Positions 8,665 to 17,762 of a stretch of DNA of 64,000 nucleotides are shown in pieces. Origin of the DNA: a virus; IMG/VR virus record IMGVR_UViG_3300049215_000481, positions 1 through 64,000 of that record; one strand, given 5' to 3'. Below the pieces are notes generated by a model. The model was not told the origin of the DNA, made no database searches, and was given only the letters and a program-made list of their open reading frames with translations. The position numbers were made by a program, and so were the translations under genes. How positions within the stretch are numbered: position 1 is the stretch's first letter; the number at the start of each line of letters is the position of its first letter.

Positions 8665-9612
8665 ATGCATCTCAACCATGGAATGAAGAACGACAGCACG
8701 CTCCACGTGATCGGAGTCGTGTCCAACCCGTCGAGGTTCCAGAGCAGGGTCAGGCTCGCGCGTGAGTGGATCGCGCGCATGGAGGCGACGGCGAACGTGC
8801 AGCTCCACCTCGTCGAGACCGCGCACGGCGACCACCACCACGAGGTCACGCGCGACTCGCACGCGAACCACCTGCAGCTCCGCACGGACCATGAGCTGTG
8901 GACCAAGGAGTCGATGATCAACCTCGGCATCTGCCACCTGCTGCCGTCCGACTGGCGGTACGTCGCGTGGGTCGACGCCGACGTCTCGTTCTCGAACCCC
9001 GACTGGGCCATCCAGACGATCCACCAGCTCCAGCGCCGGCACATCGTGCAGCCGTGGAGTGAGTGCGTTGACCTCGGGCCCAAGGGCGAGGCGCTGCAGC
9101 TCCACAGGTCGTTCGCCAGCCGCGTGAACGGCGGCCACAAGCTCCCGCTCAACCCGAAGGACCCGTACGCGTTCGGCCACATGGGCTACGCGACGGCCGC
9201 CACGCGCGAGTTCATCGAGAACACACGCGGTCTCATCGACTGGGCCATCCTCGGTGCCGGCGACTCGCACATGGCCTACGCCACGATCGGCAAGGTGGAC
9301 CACTCCATCAACGGCCGCGCGGCCGAGGGCTACAAGCGCCTCGCCCGCGAGTGGCAGTTCCACGCGCACCGCCTGACCAACGGCCACTGGGGCTACGTGC
9401 CCGGCGTCATCCTGCACCACTGGCACGGCACGAAGAAGAGCCGGCAGTACCAGAGCCGCTGGCAGATCCTCGTGGACCACAAGTTCGACCCGACCGTGGA
9501 CCTCGCCAAGGACTCGCAGGGCCTCTACAAGCTGGTGGGCAAGCCGCACCTTCAGGAGGCCGTGCGCCGCTACTTCGACAGCAGGAACGAGGACTCGGTC
9601 GACACCGAGTAG
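8665..9612 (+). CDS. glycosyltransferase-like protein (GT-A fold)
   Basis: WTKESMINLG...YVAWVDADV (DxD)...GAGD...HHWHG; start may be 8683. Confidence 0.7.
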   Translation: MHLNHGMKNDSTLHVIGVVSNPSRFQSRVRLAREWIARMEATANVQLHLVETAHGDHHHEVTRDSHANHLQLRTDHELWTKESMINLGICHLLPSDWRYVAWVDADVSFSNPDWAIQTIHQLQRRHIVQPWSECVDLGPKGEALQLHRSFASRVNGGHKLPLNPKDPYAFGHMGYATAATREFIENTRGLIDWAILGAGDSHMAYATIGKVDHSINGRAAEGYKRLAREWQFHAHRLTNGHWGYVPGVILHHWHGTKKSRQYQSRWQILVDHKFDPTVDLAKDSQGLYKLVGKPHLQEAVRRYFDSRNEDSVDTE

Positions 9613-9613
9613 C

Positions 9614-9796
9614 TCAGCGAGCCCGAGCGGCCAACCCCAGGCACATCCCGAGCACTGCGCGGGCGCGCACACGACCGCGCTCTTCGCGACGCCAGCGCAA
9701 CACGCGCAGGTCGTGGAAGACCGTCCAGTACCACCACGGGATGTCCCCGTAGTCGTTCGCCCAGCGCCTCGGCTGGCCAAGGACCATCACCTTCAT
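9614..9796 (-). CDS. hypothetical protein
   Basis: ORF track; overlaps stop of upstream gene. Confidence 0.45.
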   Translation of the reverse strand: MKVMVLGQPRRWANDYGDIPWWYWTVFHDLRVLRWRREERGRVRARAVLGMCLGLAARAR

Positions 9797-9981
9797 CAGG
9801 GAAGCTCGACAACTACGAAAGGCCAGATGTTCGAGGCGAATGCACGCTCGGCCGTGTCCTCAGCCTCTTCGTACGTGTCGAAGGTCGACACGAAAGTGGT
9901 GCCTTCATCGTCCTGGTCGTGCATGAAGTCCGGGCCGTCCGGCGTGGACCACACGACGGCGTACTTTCCTGAGCACTTCAT
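9796..9981 (-). CDS. hypothetical protein
   Basis: ORF track. Confidence 0.55.
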   Translation of the reverse strand: MKCSGKYAVVWSTPDGPDFMHDQDDEGTTFVSTFDTYEEAEDTAERAFASNIWPFVVVELP

Positions 9982-10056
9982 GACTCGCCCGCGATCGTCT
10001 TCATGTGGAGTTGATAGCGAATCTGGCGCACCCGCAGTTCTCGCGTCTTGAGCTTG

Positions 10057-10617
10057 CTACTGCCGCAGCTTGAGCGGCTCGGACTGGCCCGAGGCGAACG
10101 CCTTGTCCGTCTCCGCGTTCGTCACGACCTTGAACTGCGAGAGGTCGATCGTCGGGTAGTGGAACCACATGCCGTAGAAGACGCTGTCGTTTCCCTTGAG
10201 CCCCACCTCGTACTCGCGCTTGATGTCCATGAGCTGGCGCTGGTCGGCGTCGAATCGCGTGCGGCCTGCTTCGATGGCGGTCTCGATCTTCGCGTACAGG
10301 CTGGAGTCGAAGTTCGGGTTGTGCTCCTGGATGAACTGGAACACGGCCTCCGAGCCGTCGGCGCCGTAGCGGCCCTTCATCGAGGCTTCGGTGACCTTCA
10401 CGAGGTCGTCGCGGTACATCTCGGGGACCTGGGCCAGCTCGCGGACCACGTTGATGTGGGTGGCCAGCGACGACTTGTTGGACTCCTCCTGCGCTTGGAG
10501 CCGGGCCTCCAGTGCGACGCACTCCTGGCGGTATGAGAAGGCCCCGCTGACGTAGGTGATCCCCAGCACGACTGCGATGATGCCGACTCCGAGCAAGATT
10601 CCGTTCTTCGTGTTCAT
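10057..10617 (-). CDS. LemA-like membrane-anchored helical protein
   Basis: MNTKNG + N-terminal TM; GRYGADGS...FIQEHNPNFDSSLY..IEAGR pattern of a common phage family. Confidence 0.7.
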   Translation of the reverse strand: MNTKNGILLGVGIIAVVLGITYVSGAFSYRQECVALEARLQAQEESNKSSLATHINVVRELAQVPEMYRDDLVKVTEASMKGRYGADGSEAVFQFIQEHNPNFDSSLYAKIETAIEAGRTRFDADQRQLMDIKREYEVGLKGNDSVFYGMWFHYPTIDLSQFKVVTNAETDKAFASGQSEPLKLRQ

Positions 10618-10643
10618 AGCCTCGATCCTTTCCTTGGTTGAGT

Positions 10644-11744
10644 TCAGTAGCGCCGCCGAGTGCGGTACCAGTTTGAGAAGTCTCGCGGCTCCTCGCCGAA
10701 GACGTCGTTCTTGTAGAAGGCGATCGTCATGCCCAGCGACAGCAGGACGCCGAGGACGAGCAAGATGGTTGTCGCCGTGGACGAAGGCTCGATCGTGGAC
10801 TTCAGGTAGTCGAAGTCGTGCCAGGGCCGGCGCACCCAGTCGGCGCTCGCGTTCGTCTCGATGATGTTGAGCACCTTGTCGAGGTCGAAGGCAGGCAGGG
10901 CCTGGATCTGGTCGCGGATGTTGATGCCCATCGCGTCGCTCTTCGACCAGGTCATGACGTCGGCCCACCCGATGGCTGGCGGATTCGGCACGCCGATGAT
11001 GACGACGAGGTCGTTCTTCTTGCCGCCCAGCCAGTGCTCCCTCAGCGCCTCCTTGAACTCGCGGTCGCCTGACTTCGTGAGCACCACGATCACGTCAAGC
11101 TGCTTCTTCTTGCCCAAGCGCCCGTTCATCTCGGCCAGCAGGCGGTTCGCTTCAGCGCCACCGCCGATGAACTTGTCAGCGCGGTAGTAGTCGTAGACGC
11201 GCGGGTACTCGGGGAGCTTCCCCTTCCACTTCTCCTCCAGGCCCTGGCGCCTCAGCACGGAGTCTGGGTTGCCCTTGATGTAGTTGGTGAAGGAGTGCTC
11301 CACCGACGTGGGTTCACCGAGAACGATCTGGTTCCAGCGCTCGGGCGGCGACGAGTGCGGGCTGTTGCACCCGTCGTGGAAGATGCTCTCGTCGTTGGAC
11401 GATGTCGCGTCCCAGCTCAGGTCGTAGCTGTGCTCGTAGCACGTCATGCAGCAGTACGAGGAGCAGGTCGTGTTCCCCTTCGAGTCCGTGGTGCACGACT
11501 GGCACGTCATGCAGCAGTACGGGTGGCAGCAGCTGACCTCGTTCTGCGTCTTGGTCGCGACCACACCGTTCCAGTGCTCGACGTCGCTCGACCTGTTGCA
11601 GAGCGCGATGGCGTAGCCGACTCCAACAACCAGCAGGACGACGGCCTCCTGCAGCAGGAACTCCTTCAGCGTGATCTTGCCCTTGCCGAAGATGAGGCCC
11701 GCGAGGCCGATGAGGAGCGGAACGAGGAAGAGGAGGAAGAGCAT
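10644..11744 (-). CDS. membrane protein with Cys-rich loop and TPM-like domain
   Basis: Two N-terminal TMs, CCHPYCCMTCQSC loop, WLGGKKNDLVVIIG, C-terminal TM. Confidence 0.75.
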   Translation of the reverse strand: MLFLLFLVPLLIGLAGLIFGKGKITLKEFLLQEAVVLLVVGVGYAIALCNRSSDVEHWNGVVATKTQNEVSCCHPYCCMTCQSCTTDSKGNTTCSSYCCMTCYEHSYDLSWDATSSNDESIFHDGCNSPHSSPPERWNQIVLGEPTSVEHSFTNYIKGNPDSVLRRQGLEEKWKGKLPEYPRVYDYYRADKFIGGGAEANRLLAEMNGRLGKKKQLDVIVVLTKSGDREFKEALREHWLGGKKNDLVVIIGVPNPPAIGWADVMTWSKSDAMGINIRDQIQALPAFDLDKVLNIIETNASADWVRRPWHDFDYLKSTIEPSSTATTILLVLGVLLSLGMTIAFYKNDVFGEEPRDFSNWYRTRRRY

Positions 11745-12031
11745 GTTGATGTGGCGACCCGCGACTCCTTGAACGTGTCGATCTTCACGATGAACGCGGT
11801 GCCGTGCCCGAACACCCGTCTGAGGGTCTCCATGGCCGTGATGGCGGCGTCCACAGCGTCTTGGGCTGTTACGGTGAAGGCCACGGAGTCTTGACCGGTG
11901 GCGGTCACCTCCTCGCACCCACCTTCATGCAGTCTTCTGCCCACCAGGTAAGAGTTAACGTGCTGGATGTGAAGCGAGACTCTGAAGTCCTCTGTCATCA
12001 GCTCGCGGTCGATGGTTTTTGTTGCACCCAC
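11666..12031 (-). CDS. hypothetical protein (ends uncertain)
   Basis: ORF track; 79-nt overlap with downstream gene. Confidence 0.4.
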   Translation of the reverse strand: MGATKTIDRELMTEDFRVSLHIQHVNSYLVGRRLHEGGCEEVTATGQDSVAFTVTAQDAVDAAITAMETLRRVFGHGTAFIVKIDTFKESRVATSTCSSSSSSFRSSSASRASSSARARSR

Positions 12032-12338
12032 GTGTTGCCGCTCCTTCCAATCCCCCCCACCACGGGAACAGGCGTCCTAGCTTTAAGCATTTTGGGAGTG
12101 TCAATAAGGGAAACCCATGGTTCGTGTCAGCCGTCGTCAACCATAGCTGTTTCCGTTTTGTAACAGAATGCGTCTTGTTGTCGCAGCCGGGCTTACTCAA
12201 TAACAACGGTGAGTTAGCGGCGCTTAGAGAAGTATAAGTCCTACGGGGCGTGCCCCTACGGGCAGCACTCCCGATGTCGACGCACGGCCTGCCCGATGGG
12301 TCTTAGTGGGCTGGCCGGCGCTCCAGGTTGCTGGTGGT

Positions 12339-12609
12339 TCACGTTCCAACATGCCCCAGTGAACTCAGGCACTTCGGGCAGGTGACCTGGGCGGGGTCGG
12401 TCGACGTGACGATGCGCGCGACGCCGCGGGCCCGCCAGCTCCGCCGCCGGCACTTCGCGTCACCAGGGCGCGCGACCGTCCTGAACTCGGCTAGGCCCAT
12501 CTCGACCAGGATGTTCTGCACCCGCGCGCTGCTTCCCGAACGTCGGCTGAGGCTCCTGCGCGCACTCCTGCAGGCGCCTGAGCTGAGCCTGCGAGATCGA
12601 CTCGATCAT
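12339..12609 (-). pseudogene. small gene apparently frameshifted near 12535
   Basis: MIESISQAQLRRLQECAQEPQPTFG continues naturally as SSARVQNILVEMGLA in another frame. Confidence 0.45.
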
Positions 12610-12884
12610 TCCGACTCCCTCTCGTACCAGGGGCCAGCGTCGGGGTTCTTGTACACGTCGACGTCGAAGCGTTTCAGGCCCTTCCAGGGCTTCGACTGGC
12701 AGCCGCAGCTCCTCGTCCGGCCGCGCCGCAGGTACTGGCCCACGACCTCCTTCTCCTTGCCGCACACGCACTTGCAGCGCCAGAGCTGCTTGCGCTTGCT
12801 GCCCACGAGCTTGCGCTCAGTGGGGCCGAGAACGACGAGGTGTCCGAAGCGCTTCCCGGTCAGGTCTTCGAGTTGGTTGGTCAT
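12606..12884 (-). CDS. stand-alone homing-endonuclease-associated DNA-binding domain
   Basis: DLTGKRFGHLVVL...WRCKCVCG...LRRGRTRSCGC with no nuclease domain after it. Confidence 0.75.
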   Translation of the reverse strand: MTNQLEDLTGKRFGHLVVLGPTERKLVGSKRKQLWRCKCVCGKEKEVVGQYLRRGRTRSCGCQSKPWKGLKRFDVDVYKNPDAGPWYERESE

Positions 12885-12948
12885 CCCATCAGCCCCCAGA
12901 TTGCAGCCTCGATGCAGAGCGCCGCCCAGCACCAGTTCTGAAGCCGGC

Positions 12949-13282
12949 TCACGACTGCGCTCCGAACGTCTGGCGGAAGCCGTCGAGCGCGAACACCTTG
13001 CAGACGGACTCGGACGGGATCGCCTTCACGAGCGCGAGCGCCCAGGCCTTGTCCCGAGCCTCGCGAGCCCGCTGCAGCAGCGGCAGGAAGTGGTCCTGCA
13101 GCGCCTTCTCCGCAGCGTCGTACGCGACCCGAGCCGCCGCGGACGATGATGACCCGCTTGCGCTCGTACGTGGTACGCGAGATGTCGACCACCACCCGCG
13201 ATCCGTCCTCGTCGGAGATCACTGTGACGACCGGCTCGTCGTGCCTGACCTCGTAGGTGTCTGTGTTGTCGTTGTGGACCAT
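12949..13282 (-). pseudogene. hypothetical gene(s) with frame break near 13140
   Basis: MVHNDNTD...KRVIIV, then high-GC3 frame AAARVAYDAAEKALQDHF...FGAQS* in a different frame. Confidence 0.45.
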
Positions 13283-13285
13283 GTT

Positions 13286-13612
13286 CTACTTCCCCACCCG
13301 CGCGCTGTAGACGCTCTCGTACGAGAAGAGCGGGACCATGTGCGTCACGATGACGCTGCCCGGCCGCGTGGTGCTCTCGTACGAGTTCTGCTCACAGTCG
13401 GCGTAGCGCTCGACGCGGACGACGCCGCTCCTCGCCTTGAACGTGGCCAGGTCCGCGTCCGCCAGCGCCTTGAGCTGCTTGGGCTCCAGGACGGTGCCGT
13501 GGTCGTACACGTGGTTCTCGCCCGACGTGCGCTTCACCAGCCGGTTGCGGCCGTACAGCCCCTCGAAGATGACCCGGTAGATGGTGACCTGCTTGCGGAT
13601 GCTGTTTTCCAT
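13286..13612 (-). CDS. hypothetical protein
   Basis: MENSIRK..., 7 nt after a sigma70-like -10. Confidence 0.65.
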   Translation of the reverse strand: MENSIRKQVTIYRVIFEGLYGRNRLVKRTSGENHVYDHGTVLEPKQLKALADADLATFKARSGVVRVERYADCEQNSYESTTRPGSVIVTHMVPLFSYESVYSARVGK

Positions 13613-13619
13613 GCCCCGA

Positions 13620-13648
13620 TCAGTACACCCGCGATTACCCACTTTCAA
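13620..13648 (-). promoter_or_regulatory. sigma70-like promoter TTGAAA-17-TACTGA (leaderless geometry)
   Basis: Read directly; non-consensus -10. Confidence 0.45.
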
Positions 13649-13650
13649 GA

Positions 13651-13998
13651 TCATTTTCTATCTGTGTTACAGATCGCTGTAACGCTTTGGCTTTCCGGCG
13701 GGCGCGAGTCAGTCAGCCCGGTAGTTCGCGCACGACGGGTTCGTGCACTCGACCGTCCTGGCCATGATGAGCGCGTCAGCTCATGCTCGTGACCACAGCG
13801 CTGGTTCAAGTTCTTGATGGCGCGCTCGTAGAACGAAGGCCCGCCTTCGACGTCCCACTTCTCCCAAGCGCCCGCCCCACGCGCCCCCGTATCGAGGCAG
13901 TAGGCTTCCAGACGCGCCTCCTTGTACCGGTAGTCGTCAGGGCCAGAGATGGGTGAGGCAGGCTGCTGCGAACCGTCCAGGATGCACTCGTGCTTCAT
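13651..13998 (-). CDS. hypothetical protein (3' end probably frameshifted near 13780)
   Basis: ORF track; alternative frame ADALIMARTVECTNPSCANYRAD* looks more protein-like. Confidence 0.5.
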   Translation of the reverse strand: MKHECILDGSQQPASPISGPDDYRYKEARLEAYCLDTGARGAGAWEKWDVEGGPSFYERAIKNLNQRCGHEHELTRSSWPGRSSARTRRARTTGLTDSRPPESQSVTAICNTDRK

Positions 13999-14297
13999 GA
14001 CCTAGAGAGCCACAGGTCCTCGCGAACTCCGTACGCGATCGCGTCCCAGCTCTGCTCTGCTGCCCTCCGCCGGTTGGCCATGATGCGGTCCTTGACGATC
14101 CTCCTGATCTCGCTGAAGCCACGGGATTCATCGGGCGTCAACTCGGCCCGGTCGTACATGTGCTTGTACCGAGCCAGCGCCATGAGCTGTTCGTCTTTGA
14201 GAACACTCAGACAATCCGGCCCCACCGGGCCCAGGTCGTCGGGTAGGTCCAAGAACTCGACCAGGTCTTCTCTCGTGACTCGCTTGTTTTCGCTCAT
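13995..14297 (-). CDS. hypothetical protein
   Basis: MSENKRV..., ATG 9 nt after TTCGCTAT. Confidence 0.7.
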   Translation of the reverse strand: MSENKRVTREDLVEFLDLPDDLGPVGPDCLSVLKDEQLMALARYKHMYDRAELTPDESRGFSEIRRIVKDRIMANRRRAAEQSWDAIAYGVREDLWLSRS

Positions 14298-14319
14298 GGA
14301 GCGCAGATAGCGAATCGGC

Positions 14320-14796
14320 TCAGGGCTGCCCGTAGTCGTACGCGACAGGCATCCCACCACGACCTACACCGACCTGGTTCGCGTCGATCGCGCTCACCCA
14401 CTTGTTCTGCCGCCTGTCCACGAACCCGTGCACGTCGACCTTCTCCACCACCAGCACACCAGACGGGGCCATCCTGCAGCGAGCAAGCTTCTCGGGCCCG
14501 AAGTCCTCGAACAGCTTCCGCAACTGAGGCCAGCCCTCTCGCGACCTCTTCGCCTCACTCTCGTTCGATTCGAGGCCCGCCGCGTTCTTGGGCACCTTGT
14601 ACACGTGACGCCCGTTCCTGCTCATGAACGTGACCCTCATCCCGCCGTAGCCGACAGCACGCAGACCGGAGTCGAACAACCCCTTGGCGATCTTCACGAA
14701 CCGCTCCTCGGTCCTGAACTCGTCCACCTCGCGGTCGTAGAACTCCATCCCGTCCACGACCTCGTTCCAGCTCATTCGCTCCCGGTGGATGCACAT
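14320..14796 (-). CDS. minimal protein-kinase-like protein
   Basis: GYGGMRVTF (Gly loop), VYKVP (Lys), SNESEA (Glu), LVVEKV, IDANQVG, AYDYG. Confidence 0.55.
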   Translation of the reverse strand: MCIHRERMSWNEVVDGMEFYDREVDEFRTEERFVKIAKGLFDSGLRAVGYGGMRVTFMSRNGRHVYKVPKNAAGLESNESEAKRSREGWPQLRKLFEDFGPEKLARCRMAPSGVLVVEKVDVHGFVDRRQNKWVSAIDANQVGVGRGGMPVAYDYGQP

Positions 14797-14819
14797 GTGG
14801 AACCGATAGCGATTCCAAC

Positions 14820-16080
14820 TCCACAGCTCATCACACAGCGACGTTCTCACCTCCCAACACCCATTTGCCCACCCTCACCGATCGCCTCTTATACGGCAAG
14901 CACGAATCTTCCAGGACGAGCAGACGCCCAACCGGCGCAGGCCAGACTCGTCTCTCTGGTCCAGGACAGGACGTCACCTACGAGCAGGCGCCCCGTCACG
15001 AAAGAGACGACATCAGCATTCCACCCGATAGCGAAGTGAACCACCGAACACCGTCCCCAGTCCCAAGCGCCGCTCGACTGTCCAGCTCACAACGTCCCGC
15101 CTGGTGTCCCAACATCATCTCGAACACCAGGACGAGGAAGCGAGCCACCTACTTCACCTAGAACGCAGAGCTTAGTCCCCTACAGGAACCCGAACTCGAA
15201 CCCGAACTCGAACACCAACCCCTGAGCCAAGCCAGCCAAGAGCTGTAGAGCCCACAGGGGAAGGAGCTGACCAAGCGCCTAGGCGAGCAACTGGTCAAGC
15301 GCCTGCGGTGGCCCGGAGGGCCTGGGAGGGGCGATTCGGATACCGCGCGGTCGACGACGCGCGACGCCCAAAAGTGACCCGACGCGTCACCTAGCGCCAG
15401 CTCTGCGCCATCAACGGATGCCCCCTCCGTTGATGCAGCGCCGTTTCTCTCGTCTTTACGCGCATATACGTGCGCACGCACGCGTAGGCGCTGCGCAGGC
15501 GCTGCGCAGGCGCTGCAATCGCGCCGCGTCAACGCCCCGGCTGCAAGCGCCGGGCCACCGCCGCCGGGGATAGTACTACCCGGGGGTGTTTTACGGTAAG
15601 GGGCCCCACTTTTCGAGAACCCGGCGGCTCCGCCTGCCGCAGCTACCCAGTCCCACCCGGCCAGGGATCTCGCCCACCGTCGCCGACCAGGCCCACGGGA
15701 AGCCCCACGAGAGGGACCGACCGCAGGAGCTTGACCAGCCGCGTCGCCACATCTGACGCAGGAGCTGATGCAGCAGCTTCTCCAGCAGCTTCTCCAGCAT
15801 CTTCTCCAGCATCTTCACCGTCCCCGCGCGCGAGCCCCACGCCAGAGGCCCCCACCCACCACCCCGGCGGCACACCCGGGGGTGTCCAAAACGGTTCAGG
15901 GTCCCATCCAGGGTAACCCAGGGCCACGAAGAGGACCCGGGCGCGCGCCGCGAGGCGACACCGGGTGACGGGAGGCGACACCAAGTCCGTTGGACCCCGC
16001 TACTGGAGTAGCCCGCGGGCCGCGCCGCTCCAGAGGTTCCAAGTTTTTTCGGGGGGGCTGGAACATCCGCTCCTGGGGAC
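14820..16080. repeat. non-coding divergence region with tandem repeats, direct repeats and palindromes
   Basis: GAACCCGAACTC x2 (15186), AGGCGCTGCGC x~3 (15486), CAGCA(G/T)CTTCTC x~4 (15771), ACCCGGGGGTGT at 15578 and 15874, perfect 10-bp hairpin 15409-15435. Confidence 0.75.
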
Positions 16081-16162
16081 ATTCGCTATCAGCTCTTCAG
16101 AACCGCCGGAGAGGCCCCGAGGGGCAGCCGGCACCACCCCGGAATTTTTGAGGAGCCAGATC

Positions 16163-17071
16163 ATGAATCCGAGCACGAACATCCGAGTCAGCCCCTTCCA
16201 GTCCGCCTTCCAGTTCCGCCCCGTCCCGGTCTACACGACCCGGGTCGAGACGATGACGCCCGACCGCGCCCGGTCGCTGCTGGACAACCCGAGCCGCCCG
16301 CAGAACCGCCCCATCACTCCGAGCCAGGTCGAGCTGATCAAGACGGCGGTCCGTCGCGGCGAGTACCGGACGCACGCGCGGGACATCCTCCTGCACTACC
16401 TCTCGGGTGTCCTGCTGGACGGCCAGCACTTCTGCACGGCCGTGGTCGAGCTGGGCGTGCCGGTGAACGTCAAGGTGACGTACGGGATCGAGGAGGACAT
16501 GCTCGCCCGCGACTTCAACAAGCCCCGGAGCCTCGCGGACCAGCTCGGTTTCGCGGACGGCACGCCGGCCTTGACGAACAGGGCCTTCCAGGGGCTGCTC
16601 CGCGCGGTCTTCGCGATGGAGACGGGCCAGAACGCGAACTCGAAGATCACGGTCGGCGAGGCCCACGAGCGCCTCGCGACGATCGGTGAGGAGCACCTCG
16701 CGGCCGTGGTGCCGTACGCGACCCGCGTCCGCTACTCCATCCTCGCCGCCCTCGCCTACCTGCGGCCGACGAACCCGGCCCAGATCGACCGCCTCGCCAA
16801 GATCACGGTGGGCGAGGTGGACCCGGTGACGGACACCGAGATCGCATTCAAGGGCCTCAGCCACAAGTTCAAGACGACGAAGGTCGGCGGCACCTACGCC
16901 GAGGCGCGCCTCACGGTCCGCGGCATCCTCGCGCACCTGCGCGGCGAGAAGCGGAAGCGCCTCCGCATCGAGACCGAGGGCACCTTCCTCCGCGAGGGGG
17001 TCGTGGCCGCCCAGGACCTCCGCCGCCGTGCCGGCGTCGCCCCGTTCGTGTGGCGCGCGACGCAGTCGTAA
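16163..17071 (+). CDS. ParB-N/DGQH-like phage protein
   Basis: MTPDRARSLL..NRPI...LLDGQH..AVVELGVPV; AGGAG SD before ATG 16163. Confidence 0.7.
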   Translation: MNPSTNIRVSPFQSAFQFRPVPVYTTRVETMTPDRARSLLDNPSRPQNRPITPSQVELIKTAVRRGEYRTHARDILLHYLSGVLLDGQHFCTAVVELGVPVNVKVTYGIEEDMLARDFNKPRSLADQLGFADGTPALTNRAFQGLLRAVFAMETGQNANSKITVGEAHERLATIGEEHLAAVVPYATRVRYSILAALAYLRPTNPAQIDRLAKITVGEVDPVTDTEIAFKGLSHKFKTTKVGGTYAEARLTVRGILAHLRGEKRKRLRIETEGTFLREGVVAAQDLRRRAGVAPFVWRATQS

Positions 17072-17089
17072 GAGCGACCGGCGCAGACC

Positions 17090-17126
17090 AGGCCCCGCAC
17101 TGCCTCACGGTGGTGCGGGCCTTCGT
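17090..17126 (+). terminator. GC-rich hairpin, probable terminator
   Basis: AGGCCCCGCAC...GTGCGGGCCT followed by TCGT, just after stop 17071. Confidence 0.55.
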
Positions 17127-17172
17127 GCGTCTGGGGCGACATTCGCTATCGGCTCCCCGGAGGACACAGACC

Positions 17173-17298
17173 ATGCAGCTCAAGACCGTCGTCACGAAGA
17201 CCAGCACCGAGAACTCCTCGGCCGATCTCGAACCCCGCGGGTACGCCATCGTCGCCGCGGGCCAGGGCAGGCGCGGATTCGCTATCGGCTCTACATGA
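17173..17298 (+). CDS. 41-aa peptide
   Basis: Motif + GGAGG + ATG; MQLKTVVTK... Confidence 0.5.
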   Translation: MQLKTVVTKTSTENSSADLEPRGYAIVAAGQGRRGFAIGST

Positions 17299-17732
17299 AC
17301 AAGCTCTCCTGGTTCCCATTCAGTCAGCGCCTCATCGAGTTCGCCCCGAGCCCCCAGGCGGAGGCCGGCGTCCGCGGCAGCGTCACGATCTACGGCGACA
17401 CGTACGAGGCTGTGGCCTACAGCGAGAACGACGCCGTGATCGCCGAGGCCATCTTCACTAACCTCGACGAGGCGAAGAGCTTCGTCGAGAAGCTCGTCAA
17501 CGGCTCCGCCGGCACCCCGCGCCCGACCTTCCCACCCAAGAAGGGTGACGTGTGGGCGTGGGACGGGACGTTCCGAGACACGGAGACGCGCGACGCGCCC
17601 GAGCTGGTCACGTTCACCGGCACCGTCGACATGCACGGCCACTTCGAGTGCACGCACCCGGGCCTCGTCTCGGGGACCTGGGCGAAGGAAGCCTTCTTCG
17701 ACGGGCGCCTCATCCCCGTCCGCTGCGGCTGA
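17295..17732 (+). CDS. hypothetical protein
   Basis: MNKLSWFP..., ATG 9 nt after motif. Confidence 0.7.
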   Translation: MNKLSWFPFSQRLIEFAPSPQAEAGVRGSVTIYGDTYEAVAYSENDAVIAEAIFTNLDEAKSFVEKLVNGSAGTPRPTFPPKKGDVWAWDGTFRDTETRDAPELVTFTGTVDMHGHFECTHPGLVSGTWAKEAFFDGRLIPVRCG

Positions 17733-17762
17733 TTCGCTATCAGCCCTCCGGAGGTCACGAAC

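Noticed and set aside
12085-12110. sigma70 promoter (minus-strand TTGACA)
   Set aside because: No convincing -10 at 16-18 nt spacing
15180-15820. CRISPR mini-array
   Set aside because: Repeats are 11-12 bp, tandem, with no unique spacers and no cas genes
15591-16082. ORFs with LEKLLEKLL / QQLLQQLL repeats
   Set aside because: Products of the 12-bp tandem repeat; no SD or promoter motif, atypical codon use
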